From assembly GCF_003611605.1 (NCBI RefSeq), contig NZ_RAVX01000011.1:68811-132810 (forward strand): a DNA stretch of 64,000 bases, given 5' to 3'. Under the pieces are notes generated by a model. That model was not told the origin of the DNA, did not search any database, and saw only the letters and a list, made by a program, of their open reading frames with translations. Positions 48,747 through 57,142 of the stretch are shown here, in pieces. The DNA is from Corallococcus sp. AB011P (GTDB lineage Bacteria > Myxococcota > Myxococcia > Myxococcales > Myxococcaceae). Position numbers and translations under genes: made by a program. Positions within the stretch are counted from its first letter, which is position 1. Every line of letters starts with the position of its first letter.

Positions 48747-49195
48747 CAGGCGTTCTCCTTGGCGGCACGCACCACGAGGGTCCGGCGGGCGCGGAAGACG
48801 AGGTTGCCCTCTTCGTCCCGGCCTTCGTCCTCGATGACCGCGATGTCCATCTTGCCGGACATGCCCGGCCGCTCGAAGACGTCCGACACGCGGGTGGACA
48901 CGTAGATGCGGTCCCCCGCGAAGATGGGCCGCTCGTAGTCGAAGCCCTGCTCGGCGTGCAGCAGGCTCTTGATGCCCACCCCCAGCAGCTCACGGAGGTC
49001 CGCGGCGGAATGGAACGACGCGGGGAACGTGGGCGGTGCGACGATGGTGGGGTAGCCCGAGGCGCGGGCGTACTCCTCGTCGTAGTAGATGGGATTGTAG
49101 TCGCCGATTGCCTCGGCGAAGCGCCGGATGGCGCCCTTCTCCACCTCGTTGAGCGTCGGCGGCGAGGCGCGGCCAATCGCGTTCTTGTCCAGCAT
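48746..49195 (-). CDS. MaoC N-terminal-type hot-dog subunit (HadA-like partner)
   Basis: It is a 149-aa hot-dog fold protein translationally coupled to the downstream MaoC gene. Confidence 0.7.
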   Translation of the reverse strand: MLDKNAIGRASPPTLNEVEKGAIRRFAEAIGDYNPIYYDEEYARASGYPTIVAPPTFPASFHSAADLRELLGVGIKSLLHAEQGFDYERPIFAGDRIYVSTRVSDVFERPGMSGKMDIAVIEDEGRDEEGNLVFRARRTLVVRAAKENA

Positions 49196-49215
49196 TTGCC
49201 TCTCCTGATGAACCT

Positions 49216-50217
49216 TCAGCGACCTGACGGAAGCTCGAGCACCGTCAGGAGCCCGGCCTCCGCGGCCGTCAAACGTGGCGCGGCATTCACCAGCGCGTTC
49301 GCGGTGGCCCGGTCGCCCGCCACTCCCCCCGGTATCTCAAGCACCAGCCTGGGATCCGCGTCGATCTCAATGCGATCCCGTGGGTTGTCCGCCCCTACCG
49401 CGATGGTCAGCTCCAGGCGGACCCGCTCCTGCCCCTCCTCCAAACCCACCACGGACTGGAACATGCCCGCGACGCGGCCTTTCTTCACGACAAATGCGCC
49501 GCCGTTGATGTCCTCCTCGGCGAACACGGGCGTGACCTCCTCCTCGAAGTCGTCGCAGTCCAGCCCCAGCCCCACCGCCGCCAGCGCCGCGGACTCCACC
49601 AGCCCCACGTGGCCCAGCTCCTCGCGGTCCACCAGGTCGAAGAACTCCTCCTCCGACAGGCCCGCGCCCACCTTGCGCTGCAGGGCCTCACGGCGCGTGC
49701 GAGCGTCCACCACGCGGCTGGCCAGCACCTTGCGCACGGGGCCGCACACCTGACCGGCGGTGGCCACCAGGCGGTCCAGCACGAAGCCCGGGTTCACGCC
49801 CGTGCCCACGATGGCGACGCCCGCCTTCTCCGCGGCGCGCTCCAGCTTCTCCGCCAGCTCCGGGTACTTGAGGTGCGGGAACGCCAGCTCCTCGCAGGTG
49901 CTGGCCACCGGCAGGCCCAGCTTCAGCGCGTCCAGCAGCTGATCCATCACCTGGGCGAGCCGCGAGCTGGTGGCGTGCAGCACCACCACGCCCTTGCGGC
50001 GCCCCACGGCGCGCTCCAGCGAGTCCGCCACCTTGAAGCGCGGGCCGGCCAGCCCCAGCACGTCGCCCAGGGGACGACCCACCAGGGAGGGCTGCGAATC
50101 CACCGCGCCCATCAACTCCACTTCGGGGGACGACAGGGCGGCCCTGGCAATCTCCTGCCCGATAAACCCCAGCCCCATCACCACCACCGGCACCGGCCCA
50201 TCAGGGGCTCTAGCCAT
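49216..50217 (-). CDS. DapB-like NAD(P)-binding oxidoreductase (amine dehydrogenase / dihydrodipicolinate reductase family)
   Basis: It has a Rossmann fold with VMGLGFIGQ and DapB-family-like topology. Confidence 0.55.
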   Translation of the reverse strand: MARAPDGPVPVVVMGLGFIGQEIARAALSSPEVELMGAVDSQPSLVGRPLGDVLGLAGPRFKVADSLERAVGRRKGVVVLHATSSRLAQVMDQLLDALKLGLPVASTCEELAFPHLKYPELAEKLERAAEKAGVAIVGTGVNPGFVLDRLVATAGQVCGPVRKVLASRVVDARTRREALQRKVGAGLSEEEFFDLVDREELGHVGLVESAALAAVGLGLDCDDFEEEVTPVFAEEDINGGAFVVKKGRVAGMFQSVVGLEEGQERVRLELTIAVGADNPRDRIEIDADPRLVLEIPGGVAGDRATANALVNAAPRLTAAEAGLLTVLELPSGR

Positions 50218-50463
50218 CGGAGATTGCTCCCGAATTCCAAGGGGTTACAGCCATTTACGTTGGGTAGGAGGCCACCATAGAACACGGCTCGACGGGCAGG
50301 CAAGCAGGACGTGGAATCCAGCGACCGCCTGTTTCAGGGAAACCTCAAGAATTCCGGTAGTTTGGCGGTACTGGAAAGCTTGGGGGGGCCTGTTTGGCCG
50401 CCTGCGGACCGGCTATAAGAGTCTGAGAAAAACGCAGCCCACTCGCTCGGAGCGTATCAGCCC

Positions 50464-51585
50464 ATGGCCCGAATCCTCGTGGTGGACGACGACGTGCTCA
50501 TCCTCGCGGCGCTGTCCCGGATCCTCCACGCGGAGGGTTACGAGGTCGTGACACACAGCGACCCCGTGCTGGCGGCGCGGGAGCAGGGGTTCGACGTCGT
50601 CCTCACGGACTTCATGATGCCGTACCTCAACGGCATCGAGCTGTTGTCGGCGCTCCGGGAGAAGAACCCTCGCGCGGTGCGGCTGATGCTGACGGCGGCG
50701 GCGGACTTCAAGACGGCGTCGGAGGCGGTGAACCGGGGCGAGGTCTTCCGGTTGCTGGGCAAGCCGTGGGCGCTGAGCGAGCTGACCAGCAGCGTGAGGC
50801 AGGCCATCGAGCACCACCGGCTGGTGGCGGCCAACGAGCGGCTGACACGCGAGGTCGCGGAGAAGAACGCGGAGCTCCTGTCCATCAACGAGGGGCTGGA
50901 GCGACGGGTCATCGAGCGCACCACGGGGCTTCTGGACGGGCTCATCAGCGCGCTGGACTACCGCGACACGGAGACGCAGTGGCACTCGCGGCGCGTGTCG
51001 CTGTACGCGCGGCGGCTGGCGCAGGAGATCGGCCTCACCGGACCGGCGCTGGACGTGGTGGAGCAGGGCGCGCTCCTGCACGACATCGGGAAGATTGGCG
51101 TGCGGGACTCCATCCTGCTCAAGCCCGGGCCGCTCACGCCGGATGAATGGGTGGAGATGAAGCTGCACCCGGAGTTCGGCTACCGGATGCTGGCGAAGAT
51201 GCCCTATCTGCATGAGGCGGCGCTCATCGTCCTGCAGCACCAGGAGCGCTGGGACGGCAAGGGCTATCCGCTGGGGCTCCAGGGCGAGGAGATCGTCATC
51301 GGGGCGCGCATCTTCTGCCTCGTGGACACGCTGGACGCCATCACCTCCGACCGGCCCTATCGCAAGGGACGCCCCATGAGCGTGGCGCGCGACGAGGTCC
51401 GCCGCTGCGCGGGCACGCAGTTCGACCCGATGCTCGCGGAGGCGTTCCTCGGTCTGCCGGAGACGGAGTGGGCCCGCATCCGCCGCGAGGTGGAGATGAT
51501 GGAGGAGTCGGAGAGCCACCGCTGGACGGGCGCGAAGCTCAACGCCCAGGGCGAGCCGGTGCCCGCGCGCGCCGCCGGGGCCTGA
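50464..51585 (+). CDS. Response regulator with HD-GYP c-di-GMP phosphodiesterase domain
   Basis: It has a REC domain (VVDDD...DVVLTDFMMP...K), an HD motif HDIGK and a GYP motif HQERWDGKGYP. Confidence 0.85.
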   Translation: MARILVVDDDVLILAALSRILHAEGYEVVTHSDPVLAAREQGFDVVLTDFMMPYLNGIELLSALREKNPRAVRLMLTAAADFKTASEAVNRGEVFRLLGKPWALSELTSSVRQAIEHHRLVAANERLTREVAEKNAELLSINEGLERRVIERTTGLLDGLISALDYRDTETQWHSRRVSLYARRLAQEIGLTGPALDVVEQGALLHDIGKIGVRDSILLKPGPLTPDEWVEMKLHPEFGYRMLAKMPYLHEAALIVLQHQERWDGKGYPLGLQGEEIVIGARIFCLVDTLDAITSDRPYRKGRPMSVARDEVRRCAGTQFDPMLAEAFLGLPETEWARIRREVEMMEESESHRWTGAKLNAQGEPVPARAAGA

Positions 51586-51602
51586 CGCGCGAGGGGCCGG
51601 CC

Positions 51603-53699
51603 TCAGGGGGCGCGAGTGCCGACGACGACCTCGTCGATGATCGTGCCCTCCAGGAGCGCGTCCACGACGTCCAGGCCTTGAATCACTTCGCCGAAGGCCG
51701 TGTAGCGGCCGTCCAGGTGCGGCTGCGGCGAGTGGGTGAAGAAGAACTGGCTGCCGCCGGTGTCCTTGCCCGACAGCGCCATCCCCACGGTGCCCCGCGC
51801 ATACGGCCGGCGCGTCATCTCACAGCGGATGGAGTAGCCGGGACCACCCTCCCCGTCTCCGCGCGGGTCTCCGCCCTGCGCGACGAAGTCCGGCACCACG
51901 CGGTGGAAGGTGATGCCCCGGAAGTAGCCCTGCTTCGCGAGCGCCACCAGGTTGCCGCCCGTGAGCGGCGCTTCCGGATCCAACAGGACGGTGATGTCGC
52001 CCTTGCGCGTGCGCAGCGTGAGCGTCGTGCCAGAAGGCGCTGCCGGCGGACGGTACGTCTCCGGAGGCAACTCCACGCGGGCGGAACGGACCGGAGCACC
52101 CAAGAGTGACGTGAGCGACTCGGCCGCGACCCGGCGCACGTTGGCGTGAGGATGGCTCAGCCACTCGCGCAGGCGCGGTTCCGCGGCCTTTCCCTGCAAC
52201 GCGACGAGCGCGCCGGCCACCGCCTCCGCCAGGTCCGGCTCCTTGGGGACGCGGTCGGCCAGGGCCTGCACCGCGGTCAGGGCCTCGGCGTCCTTCAGCT
52301 TGCCGGCGGCGGCCGCGGCCTGCCCCGCCACCACCGCGTCCCCTCCTCCGATGAGCGCGCGAATGGGCGCCATCGCTTCGGGCACGGGACGTTCGGAGAG
52401 GGCATCCAGCGCGGCGCCGCGCACGATGGGACTGACGTGGTCCAGGTACGGCACCGCGAACGCAGCGCCGGTGGGCTGCCCCTTGAACTGCGCCACCTCG
52501 TGCAGTCCCAGCGCGAGCCATCGGGCTTCGGGGACGCGGCCGTAGCCGCACTGGAGCACCTGATCCAACGCGCCCTGCTGCCTGTCCATGGCCGCCGCGA
52601 AACGGCAGTCCAGCCAGGCGAGGTCCGCGCGGGCTTCGTCGGACACAGCGGCGCGGTCTGCTTCCGCCAGCGCACTCCTCAGGCGCGACAACACCGGCCG
52701 GCCCTGGAGCGGAAGTCCCTGCTGCGCCACCGCCAGCAACGCGTGGCCCTGCGCCGCCTTTCCCTCCGCGACCTGCTTCGCCCGGTACACCTGGCCTTCC
52801 AATGCGAGCAGCGGATTACAAGGCGATCCGGCCTCGCACTTCGCGGCGAGCTTCGCCAGTGCACGCGCCGCCTCCGCCGACACGCGGGGCGTGGCGTCGC
52901 CCAGCGTCAGGTTCAGCGCCAGCCAGTCCCGCGGGCTGCCCACGTCGCCCAGGCCCTTCACGCAGAGGGCCATCACATCCGGATGCCCGTTGGCCGGACA
53001 GGAGCGAAGTGCATCCACGGCGTCCAGCCGCTTCGACGCCGCCAGGAGGTACGCCCCGGCGAGGTTCACCTCGCTCCGCACGCGGGGGTTCAGCAGCGCG
53101 CGGATCGTCTCCAAGGGGACGCTCGCCACGGCCGCGGCTCCGGCCTTGCGCGCGGCCACGCCCAGCGCCGTCGCCGCGGCCTCGGACCAGGGACCACTGG
53201 CCGGAGACAGCCGGGCCGTCAGCACCTCCACCGCACCGGGCGTGGCCAGCTTGCCCAGGGCCTCCAGCAGCGTGATGCGCACCCAGCCGTCGGCTTCCGT
53301 GGCCTCGGCGTGCACCAGCGCTTGCGTAAGCGCTGTCCGTGCGTCCTCCGGCAGCGGCTCCCACGACTGCGCCAGCTCACCCGCCGCGAAGGCGGCCTCG
53401 TCGCGCACGGCCTTGTCCGGCGCCGTCAGCCCGGAGAGGACGGCGTCCAACGTCGCCACGTCCTGGATGCGCGCCAGGGCCCGGAGGGCGCGCACACGCA
53501 CGGCCACTTCCGGCGCGGCGGTGGCGAGCCGCACCAGGTCACCGCCTCCCAGCGAGCGGCGGTCCTCCCAGTCCTGGATTTGCTCGATGACCCGTGAGGG
53601 CTCGACCTGGGGCGGGGGCACGTCGGGTGTCGGCACCGAACGGACACAAGCGCTCACGAGGAGGAATCCGGCGGACACGGCGGCGGGCAGGCGGGCCAT
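51603..53699 (-). CDS. HEAT-repeat lipoprotein fused to C-terminal cyclophilin-type peptidyl-prolyl isomerase
   Basis: The start is the ATG at 53699 (MARLPAAVSAGFLLVSAC lipobox). About 500 aa of HEAT/PBS-lyase-like repeats are followed by a cyclophilin domain (FHRVVPDFVAQGGDP). The 1228-aa track ORF is over-extended. Confidence 0.75.
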   Translation of the reverse strand: MARLPAAVSAGFLLVSACVRSVPTPDVPPPQVEPSRVIEQIQDWEDRRSLGGGDLVRLATAAPEVAVRVRALRALARIQDVATLDAVLSGLTAPDKAVRDEAAFAAGELAQSWEPLPEDARTALTQALVHAEATEADGWVRITLLEALGKLATPGAVEVLTARLSPASGPWSEAAATALGVAARKAGAAAVASVPLETIRALLNPRVRSEVNLAGAYLLAASKRLDAVDALRSCPANGHPDVMALCVKGLGDVGSPRDWLALNLTLGDATPRVSAEAARALAKLAAKCEAGSPCNPLLALEGQVYRAKQVAEGKAAQGHALLAVAQQGLPLQGRPVLSRLRSALAEADRAAVSDEARADLAWLDCRFAAAMDRQQGALDQVLQCGYGRVPEARWLALGLHEVAQFKGQPTGAAFAVPYLDHVSPIVRGAALDALSERPVPEAMAPIRALIGGGDAVVAGQAAAAAGKLKDAEALTAVQALADRVPKEPDLAEAVAGALVALQGKAAEPRLREWLSHPHANVRRVAAESLTSLLGAPVRSARVELPPETYRPPAAPSGTTLTLRTRKGDITVLLDPEAPLTGGNLVALAKQGYFRGITFHRVVPDFVAQGGDPRGDGEGGPGYSIRCEMTRRPYARGTVGMALSGKDTGGSQFFFTHSPQPHLDGRYTAFGEVIQGLDVVDALLEGTIIDEVVVGTRAP

Positions 53700-54092
53700 G
53701 CTCGACTGGGCTAGGTCAATTCCCCGCGAAAATCCAGGGGTTATGCCGCTGAACAGGTTTGACAGCCGCGCGCCGGGGCCGGGAAGATATCGGGCCGTTT
53801 CCCCCCTCCCGGAGCACCGGCCCTGAACTGCCCAGGCTGCAATCGCAAGGTCGCGGAAGACACCGCCATCTGCCCACACTGCGACCACATCATCGACGAG
53901 TCCTTCCTCGGGGGAGCCGGGGATGAGGGGGACTCGGGCGGCGATGACGAGAGCACCGGAGTCCGCCCGCCGCCGCGGTCGCGGCCCCCTCCGGCCCGCG
54001 CCGCTCCGGAGCCTCGCGCACGCCCTGCTCCGGCCCGCGCCAGGACGGGCGCCCGCCCCGCCACGCCGCCGCCGAGCGACGACGCCACCAAC

Positions 54093-54770
54093 GTGCGCAG
54101 CATGGACGACATCGCCCGGGAGAAGGCCCAGCGTGCCGCTCCTCCCGCCCGGGGCGGTGGCGCAGCCAAGGCCGCTCCCGCCCGCGCGCCGGCCCGTCGC
54201 GCCCCGGCGCCCGCCCGCGTCGAGGAGGACGAGGACGACGTGGGCGACGCGGTGGCGGATCCCTGGTCCCGCGAGGCCCGGGAGCTGGAGTCGCCCCGCT
54301 CGCCCATTGACGATCCGGAGGTCCTGCTGGACGACGCGCGCTCGTTCCTGCGCGAGCTGGAGGGCGGCGACCGCATCGCGTTCTGGGGCGCGACGCTGGT
54401 GGTGCTCTCCTGCTTCATGCCGTGGAAGGAGACGGCGGCGGACGGCGACTTCCTGGGCCTCATCAGCCTGGGGTTCATCTCCTTCCTCTTCGCCGTGGCG
54501 ACCATGGTCTTCGTGGGCCTGCGGGCGCGTCAGGTGATGACCTGGGTGAACCCCATGCTGCCGTGGGGCGCGCAGATGTTCTGCAGCGTGGTGACCCTCG
54601 TCTGGTCGCTGGTGTTCCTGAAGCTGTCCTCGGACACCACCCTCGTGCCGTCGCCGCTGGGCAACGCGGAGATGATGAACTCGTCGCCGAGCATCGGCTG
54701 TTTCCTGGGCATCCTCGGCGGCGTCGTCGCGGTGCTGGGCACCCTGATGGGCCTGAAGCGCCAGGACTAG
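54093..54770 (+). CDS. Membrane protein (three or four TM segments); probably longer, with an upstream in-frame zinc ribbon (see findings)
   Basis: Its C-terminal half is hydrophobic. The in-frame upstream region 53763-54092 encodes CPGC...CPHC. Confidence 0.5.
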   Translation: MRSMDDIAREKAQRAAPPARGGGAAKAAPARAPARRAPAPARVEEDEDDVGDAVADPWSREARELESPRSPIDDPEVLLDDARSFLRELEGGDRIAFWGATLVVLSCFMPWKETAADGDFLGLISLGFISFLFAVATMVFVGLRARQVMTWVNPMLPWGAQMFCSVVTLVWSLVFLKLSSDTTLVPSPLGNAEMMNSSPSIGCFLGILGGVVAVLGTLMGLKRQD

Positions 54771-54828
54771 GCCCCCGAGTTTTTCGCTGCCGCGCCGGAC
54801 GTGAGGCGGGCTACCGTCGCCCGCCATC

Positions 54829-55764
54829 ATGTCCGACGCCACGCCCCTCTCCCGCCTCCTCGACGCGCTGGGCTCGGCCGTCGTGGGCCAGCCCCGCGTG
54901 CTGGCCGACCTGGTGACGGCCTTCCTCGCGCGCGGCCACGTGCTGCTGGAAGGCGTGCCCGGGGTCGCCAAGACGCTCACCGCGCGCAGCATGGCGGGAG
55001 CGCTGGGCCTGTCCTTCTCCCGCGTGCAGTTCACCCCGGACCTGATGCCCGCGGACATCCTGGGCACCAACGTCTTCCAGCCGCAGGAGCAGACCTTCCG
55101 CCTGATGAAGGGCCCCGTCTTCACGGAGGTCCTGGTCGCGGATGAGATCAACCGCACGCCGCCCAAGACGCAGGCGGCGCTCCTGGAGGCCATGGAGGAG
55201 CGGCAGGTCACCATCGACGGCGTCACCCACGCGCTGCCGCCGCAATTCTTCGTCGTCGCCACGCAGAACCCGCTGGAGCTGGAGGGCACCTATCCCCTCC
55301 CCGAGGCGCAGCTGGACCGCTTCCTCATGCGCGTGCGCGTGGGCTACCCGGATGGCGAAGCGGAGACCTCGCTCCTGCGCGCCTTCCACCAGCGCGAGGG
55401 CCGGCCACCCGCGGTGTCCCGCGTGCTGGACGCTGGCACGCTGACGGAGCTGCAGGACCGCGCGGCGCGCGTCGCGTGCGACGACTCCATCCTCCAGTAC
55501 GTGGTGCAGCTCGTGCGCGACACCCGCGCCCACCCCCGCGTGCGGCTGGGCGCGAGCCCCCGTGCCGCGCAGGCCCTGCTCGCGGCGGCCAAGGCGCACG
55601 CGGCGCTCCGGGGCACCGACTTCGTCACGCCGGATGACGTGAAGGCCGTCACGCCGAGCGTCCTCAACCACCGCCTCCTCCTCAAGGCCGAGGCGGAGGT
55701 GGAGGGCCTCACCGCGGACGACGTGCTGAAGCAGATGCTCGAACGGGTGCGAGTGCCCCGGTGA
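54829..55764 (+). CDS. MoxR-family AAA+ ATPase
   Basis: It has Walker A GVPGVAKT and Walker B VLVADEINR, with AAA_3 architecture. Confidence 0.9.
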   Translation: MSDATPLSRLLDALGSAVVGQPRVLADLVTAFLARGHVLLEGVPGVAKTLTARSMAGALGLSFSRVQFTPDLMPADILGTNVFQPQEQTFRLMKGPVFTEVLVADEINRTPPKTQAALLEAMEERQVTIDGVTHALPPQFFVVATQNPLELEGTYPLPEAQLDRFLMRVRVGYPDGEAETSLLRAFHQREGRPPAVSRVLDAGTLTELQDRAARVACDDSILQYVVQLVRDTRAHPRVRLGASPRAAQALLAAAKAHAALRGTDFVTPDDVKAVTPSVLNHRLLLKAEAEVEGLTADDVLKQMLERVRVPR

Positions 55765-57086
55765 GCCTCGGGCGCCCCGTCCCCAGCGGCCTCGCCGTGG
55801 CGCTGTTCGCCGGAGCGATGGTGCCCGCCGCGCTCGCGGTGGCGAGCCCCGCCTTCGGGTGGCTGGCGCTCGCGGTGGACGTGGCCGTCCTGCTCCTGTG
55901 CGCGGTGGACTTCCTGCGCGCGCCGCATGCCCGAGACGTCGACGCGCGCCGCGAGGTGGAGCCCATCCTCTCCTCCGGCGTGGACAACACCGTGCGCTGG
56001 GAGCTGCGTTCGCGCACGGACCGGCCCGTGCGCGGTGAGCTGCGCGACGAGCCGCCCCTGGACGTGGAGAGCCACGGCCACCGTCAGGCCTTCTCACTGG
56101 AGCCGAACGACGCCACGCGGCTGACGTACCGCGTGCACCCTCCCTCCCGGGGCGACGCGCGCTTTGGCGACGTGAACCTGCGCCTGATGGGGCCGCTGGG
56201 CCTGTGCTCGCGGCAGGTGCGGCTGCCCGCGGGCCAGGACGTGAAGGTGTATCCGGACCTGCGCGCCCTGTCGCGCGAGGCGCTGACGCTGGCGCGCTCG
56301 TCGGAGGCCGTGTCCGCGCGCACGCTCCTGCGCAAGTCCGTGGAGGGCCGCGAGTTCGAATCGCTGCGCGAGTACCGGCCCGGCGACGACTACCGCCACA
56401 TCGACTGGAAGTCCTCCGCGCGCCATGGCCACACGCTGGTGCGCACGTGGCAGCCGGAGCGCAACCAGCCGGTGCTGCTGCTGCTGGACTGCGGCCGTCA
56501 CATGGCGGGCCGGGTGCAGGGGCGCCGGAAGCTGGACCACGCGGTGGACGCGGCGCTGCGGCTGGCGCGCGTGAGCCTGGACGCGGGCGACGTGGTGGGC
56601 GTGCTCGCGTTCGCCAGCGACGTGCGCACCTTCCTGCCCCCGCGCAAGGGCGCGGAGCACCTGCGCCTCATCACCGAGTCGCTCTACCGCGCGGAGGCCG
56701 GCCTGGAGGAGAGCGACTACGGCCGCGCGTTCGACTTCGCCTTCGCCCGCCAGACGCGCCGCGCGCTGGTGGTGCTCTTCACCGACCTGGTGGACCCGGA
56801 CGCGTCCTCCGCGCTCCTCACGCGCACGCTGGCCCTGCGCCCCCGGCACCTGCCCGTCGTCGCGTCGCTGCTGGACGAGGACCTGGAGGCCGCCGCCACG
56901 GACGTGCCCGGCGACGCGACGTCCGCCTACGCGCGGCAGGTCGCCTCCCGCATGGAGTCCGAGTACCGCCGCACCGCCACCACCCTGCGTGACGCGGGGG
57001 CGCTGGTGGTGCGCGCACCGGCACGCGGATTCGGCGCTGCTGCACTCAACGTGTACCTGGACGTGAAGGCGCGCGGGCGGCTCTGA
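55761..57086 (+). CDS. DUF58 (vWA-like) protein, MoxR partner
   Basis: It has the DUF58 motif LREYRPGDDYRHIDWK. Its start overlaps the moxR stop. Confidence 0.8.
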   Translation: MSLGRPVPSGLAVALFAGAMVPAALAVASPAFGWLALAVDVAVLLLCAVDFLRAPHARDVDARREVEPILSSGVDNTVRWELRSRTDRPVRGELRDEPPLDVESHGHRQAFSLEPNDATRLTYRVHPPSRGDARFGDVNLRLMGPLGLCSRQVRLPAGQDVKVYPDLRALSREALTLARSSEAVSARTLLRKSVEGREFESLREYRPGDDYRHIDWKSSARHGHTLVRTWQPERNQPVLLLLDCGRHMAGRVQGRRKLDHAVDAALRLARVSLDAGDVVGVLAFASDVRTFLPPRKGAEHLRLITESLYRAEAGLEESDYGRAFDFAFARQTRRALVVLFTDLVDPDASSALLTRTLALRPRHLPVVASLLDEDLEAAATDVPGDATSAYARQVASRMESEYRRTATTLRDAGALVVRAPARGFGAAALNVYLDVKARGRL

Positions 57087-57142
57087 GCGCTCACGACGCA
57101 TTCGTCAAGCCCTTTGAGACATTCCCACGCTCGCGCGCGCAT

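Noticed and set aside
52146-53826. Plus-strand ORFs 52146..53597 and 52588..53826
   Set aside because: They are antisense to the HEAT-cyclophilin gene.
51603-55289. 1228-aa minus-strand ORF taken at face value
   Set aside because: Only the C-terminal 698 aa (from ATG 53699) form a coherent lipoprotein-HEAT-cyclophilin gene. The upstream 530 aa are antisense to the zinc-ribbon membrane protein and moxR and are Arg/Gly-rich.
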